A DNA stretch of 64,000 bases from an uncultured Chloroflexia bacterium (lineage in GTDB: Bacteria > Chloroflexota > Limnocylindria > Limnocylindrales > CSP1-4): the NCBI GenBank assembly GCA_963752475.1, contig CAVVYR010000006.1:608001-672000 (forward strand), given 5' to 3'. The first letter of the stretch is position 1, and each line of letters opens with the position of its first letter. The translations under genes were made by a program, and so were the position numbers. Of this stretch, positions 23,340 through 33,866 are shown piece after piece. The notes beneath the pieces were generated by a model. The model was not told the DNA's origin, searched no databases, and saw only the letters and a list, made by a program, of their open reading frames with translations.

Positions 23340-23870
23340 ATGCGCATCCTCATCGCCCACGGCGCCTCCGGCGGGGCCGCCTCCATGCAGCGCCACGTCG
23401 ACGGACTCGAGCAGCGCGGTATCAGGGCCACCGCCATCGACCTGCCGCTGCGCAAGGCGGAGAAGGCCGTGCCGGTCTATCGGGAGCACGTCGATGCGGC
23501 CGCCGAGCCACCGGGCGGGCTGGTCATCAGCGGGCAGTCGTACGGCGGCCGAGTGGCCAGCCTGCTGGCGGCCGACTCGGAGCCCTCGTGTGCCGCGCTC
23601 GTCTGCTTCAGCTATCCGCTCCATCGGCCCGGCCATCCCGACTGGGACGTCCGCAGCAGCCACTGGCCTGACATCGACGTGCCGGTGCTTCTGCTCTCGG
23701 GTGAGTCGGATCCCTTCGCCAAGCTCGACCTGCTCCGGCGCGCGATCGGAGAGCGCCTGCCGACCGCGCGGCTCATCACGTACCCCAAGGTGGGTCACAG
23801 CCTCAAGCCGGTGCTCGATGACGTGCTGGACCAGGCCGCCGCCTTCGTCGGGGAGCTCGAGGCGGCCTAG
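23340..23870 (+). CDS. Small alpha/beta hydrolase
   Basis: AHGASG, GQSYGGR, SYPLH, GESDPF and GHS motifs. Confidence 0.88.
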   Translation: MRILIAHGASGGAASMQRHVDGLEQRGIRATAIDLPLRKAEKAVPVYREHVDAAAEPPGGLVISGQSYGGRVASLLAADSEPSCAALVCFSYPLHRPGHPDWDVRSSHWPDIDVPVLLLSGESDPFAKLDLLRRAIGERLPTARLITYPKVGHSLKPVLDDVLDQAAAFVGELEAA

Positions 23871-24670
23871 TTCGAACCTCGCGGGATCGATCGCTGCGAG
23901 CGTGACGGCACCGTCAGCGAGCCGCCGTTGGGCAGCACGCGTACGGTCGTGTCCGGTGCCATCCGTCGCACGAGCTGTGCGAACTGGTGGGGCGGGTCGA
24001 TCCGCGTCGACGGACGCATCCAGCTCAAGCCCACCGGATGGAGTGTGCCCCAGTGGATGGGCACGGCGATCCGTGGCTTGATGACCGCGGTGGCACGAGC
24101 CGCTCCCATGGGGTCGAGGTGTTCGTGCGGCTTGGCCGTCGGGCCCCAGCCCCATACCGGTAGCAGGGCCAGGTCAAGTCCGATGTCGAACTCGGCCATG
24201 GCGTCGAAGAAGGCGGTGTCACCGGCGAAGTAGACCGACTGTGAGCCGCGGATGATGAAGCCAAGGCAGAGGTCGGTGCCACCGACCGGCGGGCCGAAGC
24301 CCTTGTGCTCGGCATGGACGGCCTCGATGCGCACGCCGTCGATGGTCTTGGCATCGCCGGGCTCGAGTTCCGTGACGTCACGGAAGCCGTGCGACTCGAA
24401 CTCGGTGGCCATGCCGGTGCGGGCGATGAGCGGCACGTCGAAGCCCATCAGCTTGAGCGAGCCGTAGTCGAGATGATCCCAGTGTGAGTGCGAGATGAGT
24501 ACCGCATCGATGTCCGCATAGAGCTCGGGCGCCGGCGGGCCCGACGTGCGCGTGAGCGGGCCCACGCGCTCGCGCAAGATGGGGTCGGTGAGGACGCGCA
24601 CGCCGTCGATCTCGATGAGGATGGTGGCGTGGCCGAGGAAGGTCACGCGTGCGTTGCTCTTGTCGCTCAC
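23867..24670 (-). CDS. MBL-fold metallo-hydrolase
   Basis: [21 protein letters not shown] and PIHWGT motifs. Confidence 0.92.
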   Translation of the reverse strand: MSDKSNARVTFLGHATILIEIDGVRVLTDPILRERVGPLTRTSGPPAPELYADIDAVLISHSHWDHLDYGSLKLMGFDVPLIARTGMATEFESHGFRDVTELEPGDAKTIDGVRIEAVHAEHKGFGPPVGGTDLCLGFIIRGSQSVYFAGDTAFFDAMAEFDIGLDLALLPVWGWGPTAKPHEHLDPMGAARATAVIKPRIAVPIHWGTLHPVGLSWMRPSTRIDPPHQFAQLVRRMAPDTTVRVLPNGGSLTVPSRSQRSIPRGSN

Positions 24671-24721
24671 GGGCCAAGTATCACCGAACGGCCGCGGTGG
24701 CATGAGCGGTACCATCGCAAC

Positions 24722-25831
24722 ATGGTCACGACTGAGACGATTCGCAGCGCACCCAAGGTGCTGCTGCACGATCATCTCGACGGCGGGCTGCGTCCAGCGT
24801 CCGTCATCGAGCTGGCCCACGAGACCGGCTACACCGGTCTCCCCACCGAGGACCCTGAGGAGCTCAGGGTCTGGTTCCGCTCAGGCGCGGACCGTGGTTC
24901 GCTGGAGCTCTATCTGGAGGGTTTCACCCACACCGTGGGCGTGATGCAGACGCCCGACACGATCGCTCGTGTGGCGTCGGAGTGTGCCCAGGACCTGGCC
25001 GCGGACGGCATCGTCTATGCCGAGGTCCGCTACGCGCCCGAGCTCTCCACCCAGGGTGGCCTGACCCTCGACGAGGTCATGAAGGCCTGGCTATCCGGCT
25101 TCGAGGGCGGCATGCGAGAGGCCGAAGCCGCTGGCAACCCGATCGTCATCCGGGCCATCGTCACGGCCATGCGTCAGTTCGCGCGCTCGGTGGAGATCGC
25201 CGAGCTCTCGGTCCGCTTCCGCGATCAGGGCGTGGTCGGCTTCGACATCGCCGGGCCCGAGGATGGCTTCCCGCCCAGTCGACACCTGGATGCCTTCCAG
25301 CTCATCCACCGCGAGAACTTCCACATCACCATCCACGCCGGCGAGGCCTTCGGGCTGCCCTCGATCTGGGAGGCGCTGCAGTGGTGTGGCGCCGAGCGCC
25401 TGGGTCACGGGGTGCGCATCGTGGACGACATCACGGTCACGCCTGACGGCGATATCAGCATGGGCCGGCTCGCGCAGTTCGTGCGCGACAACCGCATCCC
25501 GCTCGAGCTGTGCCCGACGTCCAACGTGCACACGGGCGCCGTCGATTCGATCGCGGACCATCCGATCGACCTGCTGCGACGACTGCGCTATCGCGTCACC
25601 GTCAACACCGACAACCGACTCATGAGCGATGTCACGCTGAGCGATGAGTTCGCGGCGCTCAGTGAGGCCTTCGACATCGGTCTTGACGAGATCCAGTGGC
25701 TCTCGACGAACGCGATGAAGTCCTCCTTCCTGGCCTTCGACGAGCGCTTGCGTCTGATCAACGGCGTCATCAAGCCGGGGTACGAGCGATTGAAGGCGGA
25801 TCTGCAGGCTCGCTCACCGCGCCTGGTCTAG
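24722..25831 (+). CDS. add: Adenosine deaminase
   Basis: [27 protein letters not shown] and NTDN motifs. Confidence 0.95.
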   Translation: MVTTETIRSAPKVLLHDHLDGGLRPASVIELAHETGYTGLPTEDPEELRVWFRSGADRGSLELYLEGFTHTVGVMQTPDTIARVASECAQDLAADGIVYAEVRYAPELSTQGGLTLDEVMKAWLSGFEGGMREAEAAGNPIVIRAIVTAMRQFARSVEIAELSVRFRDQGVVGFDIAGPEDGFPPSRHLDAFQLIHRENFHITIHAGEAFGLPSIWEALQWCGAERLGHGVRIVDDITVTPDGDISMGRLAQFVRDNRIPLELCPTSNVHTGAVDSIADHPIDLLRRLRYRVTVNTDNRLMSDVTLSDEFAALSEAFDIGLDEIQWLSTNAMKSSFLAFDERLRLINGVIKPGYERLKADLQARSPRLV

Positions 25832-25977
25832 GCCGCGAGGTCCAGTACGACGGGCTCGTCTGCCCAATCGATGCTGGTGCCGCAGACAGCACAGCTGAAC
25901 GAAGCTTCTGGCTCCTCCGGCAGCGGGAAGGGCAGGTGGGCCGTTTCCTCGCACCAGGGGCAATCGACGACGACCAT
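25828..25977 (-). CDS. 49-aa zinc-ribbon protein
   Basis: CPWC..CAVC; GGAGG RBS; ends VVLDLAA. Confidence 0.7.
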   Translation of the reverse strand: MVVVDCPWCEETAHLPFPLPEEPEASFSCAVCGTSIDWADEPVVLDLAA

Positions 25978-26226
25978 CCTCGTGTCCTCCGTGGTGGGTA
26001 GCTGCCGCCGACAGTGGAGGACCGCTGTGCCAACTAGCGTGGCACGATGTGCGCCCAGACACGAAGTAGCCCGGCGAGACCACCTCCGCGGCACCCAAGT
26101 GACTGGCGGACCAGCCTCTCCGGTTCCGTTTCGATGACCCCTCCGGGCTGCTATCTACGATAGGGACGCAGTCGGGGCACCACAAGCGGCTTGTCCACGA
26201 ACTCGGAAGATTCCCTCGCGGCTCTT

Positions 26227-26275
26227 CCACGATCGATCCACATCGTTCGTCCACGATCGATCGACATCAGTTCGT
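26227..26275. repeat. Imperfect tandem direct repeat (24 and 25 bp)
   Basis: ccacgatcgatccacatcgttcgt followed by ccacgatcgatcgacatcagttcgt. Confidence 0.75.
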
Positions 26276-26314
26276 GATGCACATCCGCGCCATCTGGTCG
26301 ATGATGCCTCGGAC

Positions 26315-27529
26315 ATGTTCCCGCGAAGCATCCCCCGCCTGTTCGCCACCACCGCCCTGGCCGTCGCGCTCGCCGTTCCGGCCATCGCGGCCGACGACAC
26401 CGACGCGCCGACCCTCGATGAGGACCTCATCGCCGAGGTCCTCGAGCTGCTCGAGGAGCGCTACGTCGACGATGACGCCCTGACCACCAAGAACCTCAGC
26501 GTCGGCGCCATCCGCGGCATCGTCGATGCCCTCGGCGACGACGGGCACACCCAGTACCTCACCGAGGAGGAGTACAAGGTCGAGCAGGAGATCCTCGATG
26601 GACGCGTCGCCGGCATCGGGGTGGTCCTCGATCAACGCTCCAGCGCCCCGCTCATCATCTCCGTCGTCGACGGCTCGCCAGCCGATAACGCCGGCGTCCA
26701 GGCCGGTGACATCATCGCCACCGTCGACGGCGTCGAGACGGCCCGGCTGCCGTTGGGAGAGCTCGGCGGCCTGGTGCGCGGAGAGCCCGGCACGCTCGTA
26801 CGCCTGGGCATCGAACGTCCTGGTGGCGCCGAGCTTCTGGACATCGGCATCCTGCGTGCCGACGTCGAGGTCGACCCGGTCGTCTGGGCCATGGCGCCTG
26901 GCTCGGATGTGGCAGTCATCCGCATCGTGCAGTTCTCCGTCGGCTCGGGCCACCAGGTGCGCGAGGCGGTCGAGCAGGCCATCGATGAGGGCACCACCGG
27001 CTTCGTGCTCGACCTGCGCGGCAACCCAGGCGGCCTCGTCAACGAGACGCTCAACGCCATGAGCGCATTCCTCGACGAGGGCGTGGCCTTCCTTGAGCGC
27101 GGACGCGATGAGGACGCCATCGAGGTCAGTGTGGATCCTGGGCGGGCGCTCGACACCGAACTCCCCATCGTCGCGCTCGTGGACTACGGCACCGCCAGCG
27201 CCGGCGAGATCCTGGCCGCGGGCTTGCGCGACAACGGCCGGGCCAGGATCGTGGGTGAGCAGACGTTCGGTACCGGCACCATCCTCAACACCATCCGCCT
27301 CAGCGACCAGTCGGCGCTGCGGCTCGGCGTTCGTGAGTGGCTGACACCGGCGGGGGAGGGCGTCTTCCGCCTCGGTGTGACACCCGACGAGCACGTCTCA
27401 TTGCCGCTGGGTAGCACACGGCTGAGCCCGCCCGACTTCCTGACCCTGACGCCGGTCGACTTCGAGACCAGCGAGGACGTGCCCCTGCGGCACGCCGTCC
27501 GCCTCGCCGAGGCCGGCGCTCGCTCCTAG
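26315..27529 (+). CDS. S41 family C-terminal processing peptidase with PDZ domain
   Basis: Signal peptide; GIGV..GSPA..GD PDZ; LDLRGNPGG, TASAGE and GEQTFG motifs. Confidence 0.93.
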   Translation: MFPRSIPRLFATTALAVALAVPAIAADDTDAPTLDEDLIAEVLELLEERYVDDDALTTKNLSVGAIRGIVDALGDDGHTQYLTEEEYKVEQEILDGRVAGIGVVLDQRSSAPLIISVVDGSPADNAGVQAGDIIATVDGVETARLPLGELGGLVRGEPGTLVRLGIERPGGAELLDIGILRADVEVDPVVWAMAPGSDVAVIRIVQFSVGSGHQVREAVEQAIDEGTTGFVLDLRGNPGGLVNETLNAMSAFLDEGVAFLERGRDEDAIEVSVDPGRALDTELPIVALVDYGTASAGEILAAGLRDNGRARIVGEQTFGTGTILNTIRLSDQSALRLGVREWLTPAGEGVFRLGVTPDEHVSLPLGSTRLSPPDFLTLTPVDFETSEDVPLRHAVRLAEAGARS

Positions 27530-27614
27530 AAGACCACAGCAGACCCAACCGTCCGCCACCGGACCGAACCATCGTCCCGTAGCCCGGCGGACGTCGAGGT
27601 CACAGTCTGGACGC

Positions 27615-28421
27615 GTGCTGTCCGAGTCCCTGCCTGCGCGTCGCCTGATCACGCTCGTGCTCGTCATCGCCTTCGTCGTCGGCGTCATCGGCCTCGCGCC
27701 ACGGCCGGGCGTCGCCGCATCGCCGCCGGGGCGTGACGACCAGCTCCGCTTCATGTGGGCCATGGCCGGCCAGGAGTCGGGCTGGAACTACCTCGCGCGC
27801 AACACCAGCTCAGGGGCGTTCGGCAAGTACCAGATCATGCCCTTCAACTGGCCGGCGTGGGCCGAGAAGTACCTCGGCGACGGCCATGCCGATCAGACGC
27901 CGTACAACCAGGAGAAGGTGGCCTACGGCAAGATCCGCGACCTCTACCTCTGGCTGGGCTCGTGGAAGCGCGTGGCCTACTGGTGGCTGACCGGTAGGAC
28001 CGAGAGGAACGAGAAGAAGTGGTCGAGCTACGCCACCGGCTACGTCAAGAACATCATGAGGCTGCGCAGGAAGGCGCCGCGGAAGGGCTCGGGCATGCCC
28101 CCGAAGACGAGCTCGACCCCCTCGAAGGGTGACTGGCGACGGTCGGCCGAGGCGCAGCCGCTTCGCGTCACGGTCGGCGGCAGGGCCTGGCCGAAGCGCG
28201 GAAAGTTGAAGGACGGCCAGGTGCTGAAGGTGCGCGCTTCCAGGCGCACAGCCGATGGAGTGCGCTGGGTCCGCGTCGTGACCGCCGACGGGCGCTTGGG
28301 TTGGCTCAGGCAGTCACGCACGGTGCCCGCCGCGAAGCCCTCGGCCGCCAGGCGCTGGAACGACGTCAGGGACGAAGGTGCGTCGGTCGGCCGCAAGCAG
28401 GTGCGGCCGAAGCCACGGTAG
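27615..28421 (+). CDS. Secreted lytic-transglycosylase-like protein with SH3-like C-terminus
   Basis: Signal/TM; QESGWNY..SGAFGKYQIMP; C-terminal WVRV..GRLGWL. Confidence 0.78.
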   Translation: MLSESLPARRLITLVLVIAFVVGVIGLAPRPGVAASPPGRDDQLRFMWAMAGQESGWNYLARNTSSGAFGKYQIMPFNWPAWAEKYLGDGHADQTPYNQEKVAYGKIRDLYLWLGSWKRVAYWWLTGRTERNEKKWSSYATGYVKNIMRLRRKAPRKGSGMPPKTSSTPSKGDWRRSAEAQPLRVTVGGRAWPKRGKLKDGQVLKVRASRRTADGVRWVRVVTADGRLGWLRQSRTVPAAKPSAARRWNDVRDEGASVGRKQVRPKPR

Positions 28422-28460
28422 AGGTGGTCGGTCGCCCAGTCGTTACGAAGGCCGGGCGGC

Positions 28461-29672
28461 CTACTTGACCTCGATGATCTTGTACATGAACTGCGCTGCC
28501 GGGGTCACCACCACCACCTCGTCCCCCTCGCGGTGGCCGAGCAGCGACTTGCCCACCGGTGAAGCCGAGCTGATCTTGCCAGCCATCGGATCCGACTCGG
28601 CGGAGCCCACGATCTTGAGCTCCTCGCGTTCTCCCTCGATCTCGTAGATGACGGTCGAGCCCATGCTGATCGAGCCGCCGACGGCGGTCTCGATGACCAC
28701 TGCGGTGCGGAGCTTCTGCTCCAGCTCGATGATGCGGCCCTCGAGGAATGACTGCTCGTTGCGCGCGGCCTCGTAGTCCGCGTTCTCACGGAGGTCGCCC
28801 AGCTCGCGGGCGGCCGCAACGCGTGCCACGACCTCTGGTCGTTCGACGGTGGTCAGTCGCACCATCTCTGCCTGCATGGAGGCGAGGCCCTCGGCCGTCA
28901 CCGGTGTCGGGGCATCCTTCCTGGACACCGCTGCGGCCTTGGCAGCAGCCTTGTTGCCGGCGGTCGCCTTGGTCGCCGTCTTGCGTGGACTGCGGGTCGA
29001 ACCCGTGGTCTTGGAGGCGGCCCGTCGCTTGCCCTTGGTGTCGGAGCGCTTGACGTTCGACTTCTTGGTCGGCGTCAGCTCGACCGCCAGCAAGGCATCG
29101 GTCAGGCCGGTGTCGCGCGGTGGGTTGGTGGGGGAGTCGAGGTTGGCCCAGGGCAGCACCGCTGCACCATCGGGCAGGTTCGCCTTGTCCTCGTCGGAGA
29201 CACTGTCGGCGAAGGCTTCGATGAGCACGTCCTCGTACTCCTCGGGTGCGTCGGTCTCTGCCCACCACAGTCGCAGGCTGTTGAGCTCGCGCAGCACCCT
29301 GAGCCAGTGGCCGCCGGGATGTGGTCGGGCGTGGCCGAGCTCGGTGGCATAGAGCGACGCCACGCGGGCACTGAGGCTCTTGGCCGTGCGGCCGACGTAG
29401 ACCAGCTGCTGGTTCGGGATCCAGAAGGTGCGCATCCGCTCGGCGAGGGTGGACTGGGTGGGCCGCTCGCCGTCCATCTTCAACTCGGGTACGCGCTCCA
29501 GCCAGTGGCGGACCTCGTCGATGTCGATGTTGCAGTGCTCGGAGGGCTCCGGCAGCTCGACGGCGAAGATGCCGGGCTTGCGGGAGGTGGGCTTCCCGCC
29601 CCAGCGGGCGGGGCCGTCGACATCGAGGCCGATGGAACGCAGCAGTTCGGCTGCGGAAGGTGCAGGGGACAT
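28461..29672 (-). CDS. greA: Transcription elongation factor GreA with ~250-aa N-terminal extension (GIY-YIG-like domain plus basic linker)
   Basis: GDLRENADYEAAR and ISSASPVGKSLLG; continuous ORF including PGIF..YVGRT..LSARV..E..LPWAN. Confidence 0.9.
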   Translation of the reverse strand: MSPAPSAAELLRSIGLDVDGPARWGGKPTSRKPGIFAVELPEPSEHCNIDIDEVRHWLERVPELKMDGERPTQSTLAERMRTFWIPNQQLVYVGRTAKSLSARVASLYATELGHARPHPGGHWLRVLRELNSLRLWWAETDAPEEYEDVLIEAFADSVSDEDKANLPDGAAVLPWANLDSPTNPPRDTGLTDALLAVELTPTKKSNVKRSDTKGKRRAASKTTGSTRSPRKTATKATAGNKAAAKAAAVSRKDAPTPVTAEGLASMQAEMVRLTTVERPEVVARVAAARELGDLRENADYEAARNEQSFLEGRIIELEQKLRTAVVIETAVGGSISMGSTVIYEIEGEREELKIVGSAESDPMAGKISSASPVGKSLLGHREGDEVVVVTPAAQFMYKIIEVK

Positions 29673-29881
29673 GCCCAAAGGGTGACACAAAGCGTGCGGT
29701 CACTCCCTGCGAGGCGGGGTGCCACCTGCCAGAGCGCCGCGACGTCGGAGGCGGTAGCGCGTTCCACCGATCGCCTTGAGCTGGAACGTCGGCCCGTCCA
29801 CCTGCAGGTAAGCCAGGGATAAGTGGTCGGACGCTAGACTGCGGTGCACTTGTCCGTCGCCAGCGAGGATCGTCACCAACG

Positions 29882-32452
29882 ATGAGTTCCCACGGCGGCC
29901 CGGGACGCGATGTGCTCTACCGCGCGGAAGCGGAAGCGCGTTCGGCACGTGTCCAGAAGGTCAACTACGAGCTGGAGCTCGAGTTGCTCGAGGGTCGCGA
30001 GATCTACACCGGCCGCGTCGTCATCACCTTCGCACTCCATCCCAACGATGGTCCGTTGTTCCTGGACTTCTCGGGCGGGGTCCGCTCGGTCCGCGCCAAC
30101 GGCGAGGACATCGAGCCCGATCATCGAGATCACCGGTTGTGGTTCACGCCGGAGCAGCTGCGCATGCACAACCGGTTGGTCATCGAGTACGAGAACGACT
30201 ACAACGCCACCGGCGACGGCGTTCACCATTTCGTCGATCCGGAGGACGGCGCGACCTACGTCTACAGCAACTTCGAGCCGTTCTCGGCGCACCGCCTGTT
30301 CCCGTGCTTCGACCAGCCGGACATCAAGGCCAGCTACAAGCTGACGGTGGCGGCACCGGAGAGCTGGAAGGTCGTGACCGCCGAGGCCGCTCTCGGCACC
30401 AGCCTCCTGCGTGGGGGCCGCCGGCTCCACGAGTTCGATGCAACCAGGCCGTTCTCGACGTACCTGTTCTCGCTCATCGCTGGTCCCTACGTGCAGGTCA
30501 AGGACAGCCACGGCGGCCTGGGGCTGGGCCTGTACGGTCGAACCTCGATGCGCGCCGAGCTCGAGCGCAGCGCGGACGAGATCTTCGAGCTCACCGCGCA
30601 GGGTATGGACTACTACGCGGACCTCTTCGGCAGGCCCTATCCGTTTCGCAAGTACGACCAGCTCTTCGTGCCCGAGTTCAACGCGGGCGCCATGGAGAAC
30701 GTCGGTGCCGTCACCTTCCATGACAGCTTCCTGTTCCGCGATCCACCCACGCATGGGCAGCGATTGACCCGCGGTGAGGTCGTGCTCCACGAGCTGGCGC
30801 ACATGTGGTTCGGGGACCTCGTGACGATGCGCTGGTGGGACGATCTCTGGCTCAACGAGACGTTCGCCACCTACCTGTCCTACCGCGCCTTGGCGGATGC
30901 CACTCGCTTCGATGATGCCTGGCTGGTGTTCAACGGCCAGATGCGTCCGGCGGCCTATCGGCAGGATCAGCTCGCGACCACCCATCCGGTGGCCACCAGC
31001 GTGGACCACACCGACCAGGCCGTGGGCAACTTCGATGCCATCACCTACGAGAAGGGCGCGGCCGTCATCAAGCAGCTCGTCGCGCGTATCGGTGAGGATG
31101 CGTTCCGCAACGGGCTGCACGCCTACATCGACCGCCACGCCTTCGGCAATGCCACCCTGGCTGACTTCCTCGGCGCCCTTGGCGATGCTGCGAGTGAGCC
31201 GCTCGAGGACTGGGCCGCGCTCTGGCTGCAGACGGCTTCGGTCAACGTGATCGGGGCTCACTGGACCGCCGTCGACGGCCGGATCAGCGGGATGTCCCTG
31301 CAGCAGCGAGCGCTCCCGGATCATGAGCTCCTGCGCCCGCACACGACCGAGATCGGCATCGTCAGCCCTGCGGCCGACGACTCGCTCCGGGTCGACAGCA
31401 TCCCCGCGACGATCGACGGGGCCACCGCGGACGTCAGCCAGGCCGTCGGGCGCGGGGAGCCGCTCTTCGTCTTCCCCAACCACCGCGACCACGATTACGC
31501 CCTGTCCGAGCTCGATCCTGTCTCGACCGTGTTCGCACTCGAACGACTACCGGAGCTGCCCGACGCGCTGCTGCGCCAGCAGACCTGGTCGACGCTGTGG
31601 GAGATGGTCCGAGCGACCAGCCTGCGCTCGACCGACTACCTCGAGGCTGTCCGCCGCTGGGCGCCCCGGGAGAGCGACCGCTCCATGGTCGACTCGGTCG
31701 TCAGCCGGGCGGGCGTGGCGCTCCGCCGCTACCTGCCCGCAGACGATCAGGTCGAGGTCGGACGTACTCTGACACGGGCCGCGATCGGGGCCATGCGTAC
31801 CGCCACCGACCCAGACCTGCGGCTGACGTGGGCTCGCACCGCCGCGACGTTCGCGAGCGACCCCGAAGACATCGCCGAGCTGCTCGGCCTGGTGGACGGC
31901 TCCTGGTCGGTCGCCGATGTGGAGGTCGACCAGCTGTTGCGCTGGAGCCTGGCCATCAAGGCCGCAGCCTTCGGCCTCGAAGGAGCGACCGAGCGGGTCC
32001 ACGAAGAGCAGGCTCGGGACCCCTCCGATCGCGGCCAACGTGCCGCCATCCGCGCCTCCGCTAGCCGACCGGACGCAGACGCCAAGCAGGAAGCCTGGGA
32101 GCGGATCAACGGTGAGGGCTACGGGTCGGACTACCTCACGCGTGCCGCCATCGCCGGCTTCCAATGGCCACATCAGCGCGAGCTGACGGCGGCTTTCCGG
32201 GATGACTTCTACGAGCGCGTGGCCCAGGTCTACGAGACCCGCGACCACGCCTACGCGGAGTCCTACCTCCGCTGGCTCGTGCCCGATCTGTGGGCTGAGT
32301 CGGACGAGGTCGAGCGCATCCGCGGTTTCGTGGACGGTCTCGCTGCCGAGCGGGAACTACTACGGCGGCACTTCATCGAGGTCGCCGACGACATCGAGCG
32401 CGATATCCGCGTGCGACGGTTCGCCGCCGCGGCATCGGTGCTGCCCGGCTAG
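29882..32452 (+). CDS. pepN: Aminopeptidase N (M1 family)
   Basis: GAMEN, HELAH..NETFA and ITYEKGA motifs. Confidence 0.96.
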   Translation: MSSHGGPGRDVLYRAEAEARSARVQKVNYELELELLEGREIYTGRVVITFALHPNDGPLFLDFSGGVRSVRANGEDIEPDHRDHRLWFTPEQLRMHNRLVIEYENDYNATGDGVHHFVDPEDGATYVYSNFEPFSAHRLFPCFDQPDIKASYKLTVAAPESWKVVTAEAALGTSLLRGGRRLHEFDATRPFSTYLFSLIAGPYVQVKDSHGGLGLGLYGRTSMRAELERSADEIFELTAQGMDYYADLFGRPYPFRKYDQLFVPEFNAGAMENVGAVTFHDSFLFRDPPTHGQRLTRGEVVLHELAHMWFGDLVTMRWWDDLWLNETFATYLSYRALADATRFDDAWLVFNGQMRPAAYRQDQLATTHPVATSVDHTDQAVGNFDAITYEKGAAVIKQLVARIGEDAFRNGLHAYIDRHAFGNATLADFLGALGDAASEPLEDWAALWLQTASVNVIGAHWTAVDGRISGMSLQQRALPDHELLRPHTTEIGIVSPAADDSLRVDSIPATIDGATADVSQAVGRGEPLFVFPNHRDHDYALSELDPVSTVFALERLPELPDALLRQQTWSTLWEMVRATSLRSTDYLEAVRRWAPRESDRSMVDSVVSRAGVALRRYLPADDQVEVGRTLTRAAIGAMRTATDPDLRLTWARTAATFASDPEDIAELLGLVDGSWSVADVEVDQLLRWSLAIKAAAFGLEGATERVHEEQARDPSDRGQRAAIRASASRPDADAKQEAWERINGEGYGSDYLTRAAIAGFQWPHQRELTAAFRDDFYERVAQVYETRDHAYAESYLRWLVPDLWAESDEVERIRGFVDGLAAERELLRRHFIEVADDIERDIRVRRFAAAASVLPG

Positions 32453-33720
32453 CGCGAGGCGCGTCGGCCGCTACCTCGTCGTGCCGGCTGCCGGCGCCGG
32501 CCTCCACTACCGCCGCGTGAGCTGCCGCGCACCGGCCGGCTGCTGGGGTCGACCTCGAAGCCACGGACCTGCTTCACCGGCAGGTCCTTCTTCAGGAGTC
32601 GGTTGATGCCCTTGAGCTGCTCCTCTTCGTCGAACGAGACAAGCGAGAGGGCGAGGCCCTCCTTACCCGCACGCCCGGTACGACCGATGCGGTGGACATA
32701 GTCCTCGGGGTCGTAGGGGATCTCGAAGTTGACGACCACGGGCAGGTCCTCGATGTCAAGCCCGCGGGCGGCCACGTCGGTGGCCACGAGCACGCGGACT
32801 TCGCCGCTCTTGAACATCTGCAGCGCGCGCTCACGCTCGGGCTGCGTGCGGTCGCCGTGGATGGCGGTCGCTTCCACGCCGCCGCGATCGAGCTGGGAGG
32901 CGAGGCGACGGGTCATCTGTTTGGTGCGCGTGAAGACCAGCACCTGGTGCAGGTCGCGGGTGCGGATCAGGTGGGACAGCAGCTCTCGCTTGCGGTCCGC
33001 GTCGACCAGGTACGCGATCTGCTCGACCGACTCGGCAGCCTTGATGGTCGGCTCGATGTCGACCATCTCGGGATCGTTGAGGAAGGTGCTCGCGAGCGAA
33101 CGGACCTCGCCATCGAGTGTGGCCGAGAAGAGCAGGTTCTGGCGCTTCGCCGGGAGCATGGCCACGATGCGTCGGATGTCGTCGATGAAGCCCATGTCGA
33201 GCATGCGGTCGGCCTCATCGAGCACCAGCACCTCCACCTGGCCCAGGTTGAGCGTGCGGCTGCCGGCGTGGTCGAGCAGGCGGCCGGGCGTGGCCACCAC
33301 GATCTCGACGCCAGCGAGGAGATCCTTCTCCTGGGGGCCCATGGGTACGCCGCCGTAGACGATGGTGGAGCGTAGACCGACGTGTTTGCCGTAGTCCCTG
33401 AAGCTGTTGTGGACCTGGATGGCCAGCTCGCGCGTGGGTGTGACCACGAGGACGCGGATGGGATGCCGCGCGGGCGAGAAGGACTTGTTGGCCTGGCCCT
33501 TGAGTCGCTCAAGGATGGGCAGGGCGAAGGCTGCGGTCTTGCCCGTGCCGGTCTGGGCTCGCGCCATCAGATCGACGCCCTTGAGCACGATGGGGATGGC
33601 CTGTTCCTGGATCGGGGTGGGGTCGGTGTACCCCTCTTCCGCGACAGCGCGGAGGGTCTCCGGGCCGAGGCCCAGATCGTCGAATGGCATGCGGGTCCTT
33701 TGGGTAGTCGTGTTGCCCAC
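32449..33720 (-). CDS. DEAD-box RNA helicase, RhlE-like (start may be ATG 33690)
   Basis: AQTGTGKT, PTRELA, DEAD, SAT and HRIGRTGR motifs. Confidence 0.96.
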   Translation of the reverse strand: MGNTTTQRTRMPFDDLGLGPETLRAVAEEGYTDPTPIQEQAIPIVLKGVDLMARAQTGTGKTAAFALPILERLKGQANKSFSPARHPIRVLVVTPTRELAIQVHNSFRDYGKHVGLRSTIVYGGVPMGPQEKDLLAGVEIVVATPGRLLDHAGSRTLNLGQVEVLVLDEADRMLDMGFIDDIRRIVAMLPAKRQNLLFSATLDGEVRSLASTFLNDPEMVDIEPTIKAAESVEQIAYLVDADRKRELLSHLIRTRDLHQVLVFTRTKQMTRRLASQLDRGGVEATAIHGDRTQPERERALQMFKSGEVRVLVATDVAARGLDIEDLPVVVNFEIPYDPEDYVHRIGRTGRAGKEGLALSLVSFDEEEQLKGINRLLKKDLPVKQVRGFEVDPSSRPVRGSSRGGSGGRRRQPARRGSGRRASR

Positions 33721-33866
33721 CTATCGGCCAGGTCCAGGGCTGTCACGTTCGTTTGTGCGCGTGTCGCGCGAGGCATCGACCCGGAGATGCCGCCACTTGG
33801 TTCAACGAGAGCGCGTAGTCGCGATCGGCCCAGTGTAGTCGCTGCTCAGCAGGCCGGCCTGTCGCG

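Noticed and set aside
26040-26054. TGGCACG-N4-GCGC as a sigma54 promoter
   Set aside because: Poor -12 element, no activator nearby, and better explained as half of a palindrome
27530-27614. c-di-AMP riboswitch before the transglycosylase
   Set aside because: Nested stems exist, but the region is too short and lacks the ydaO consensus motifs
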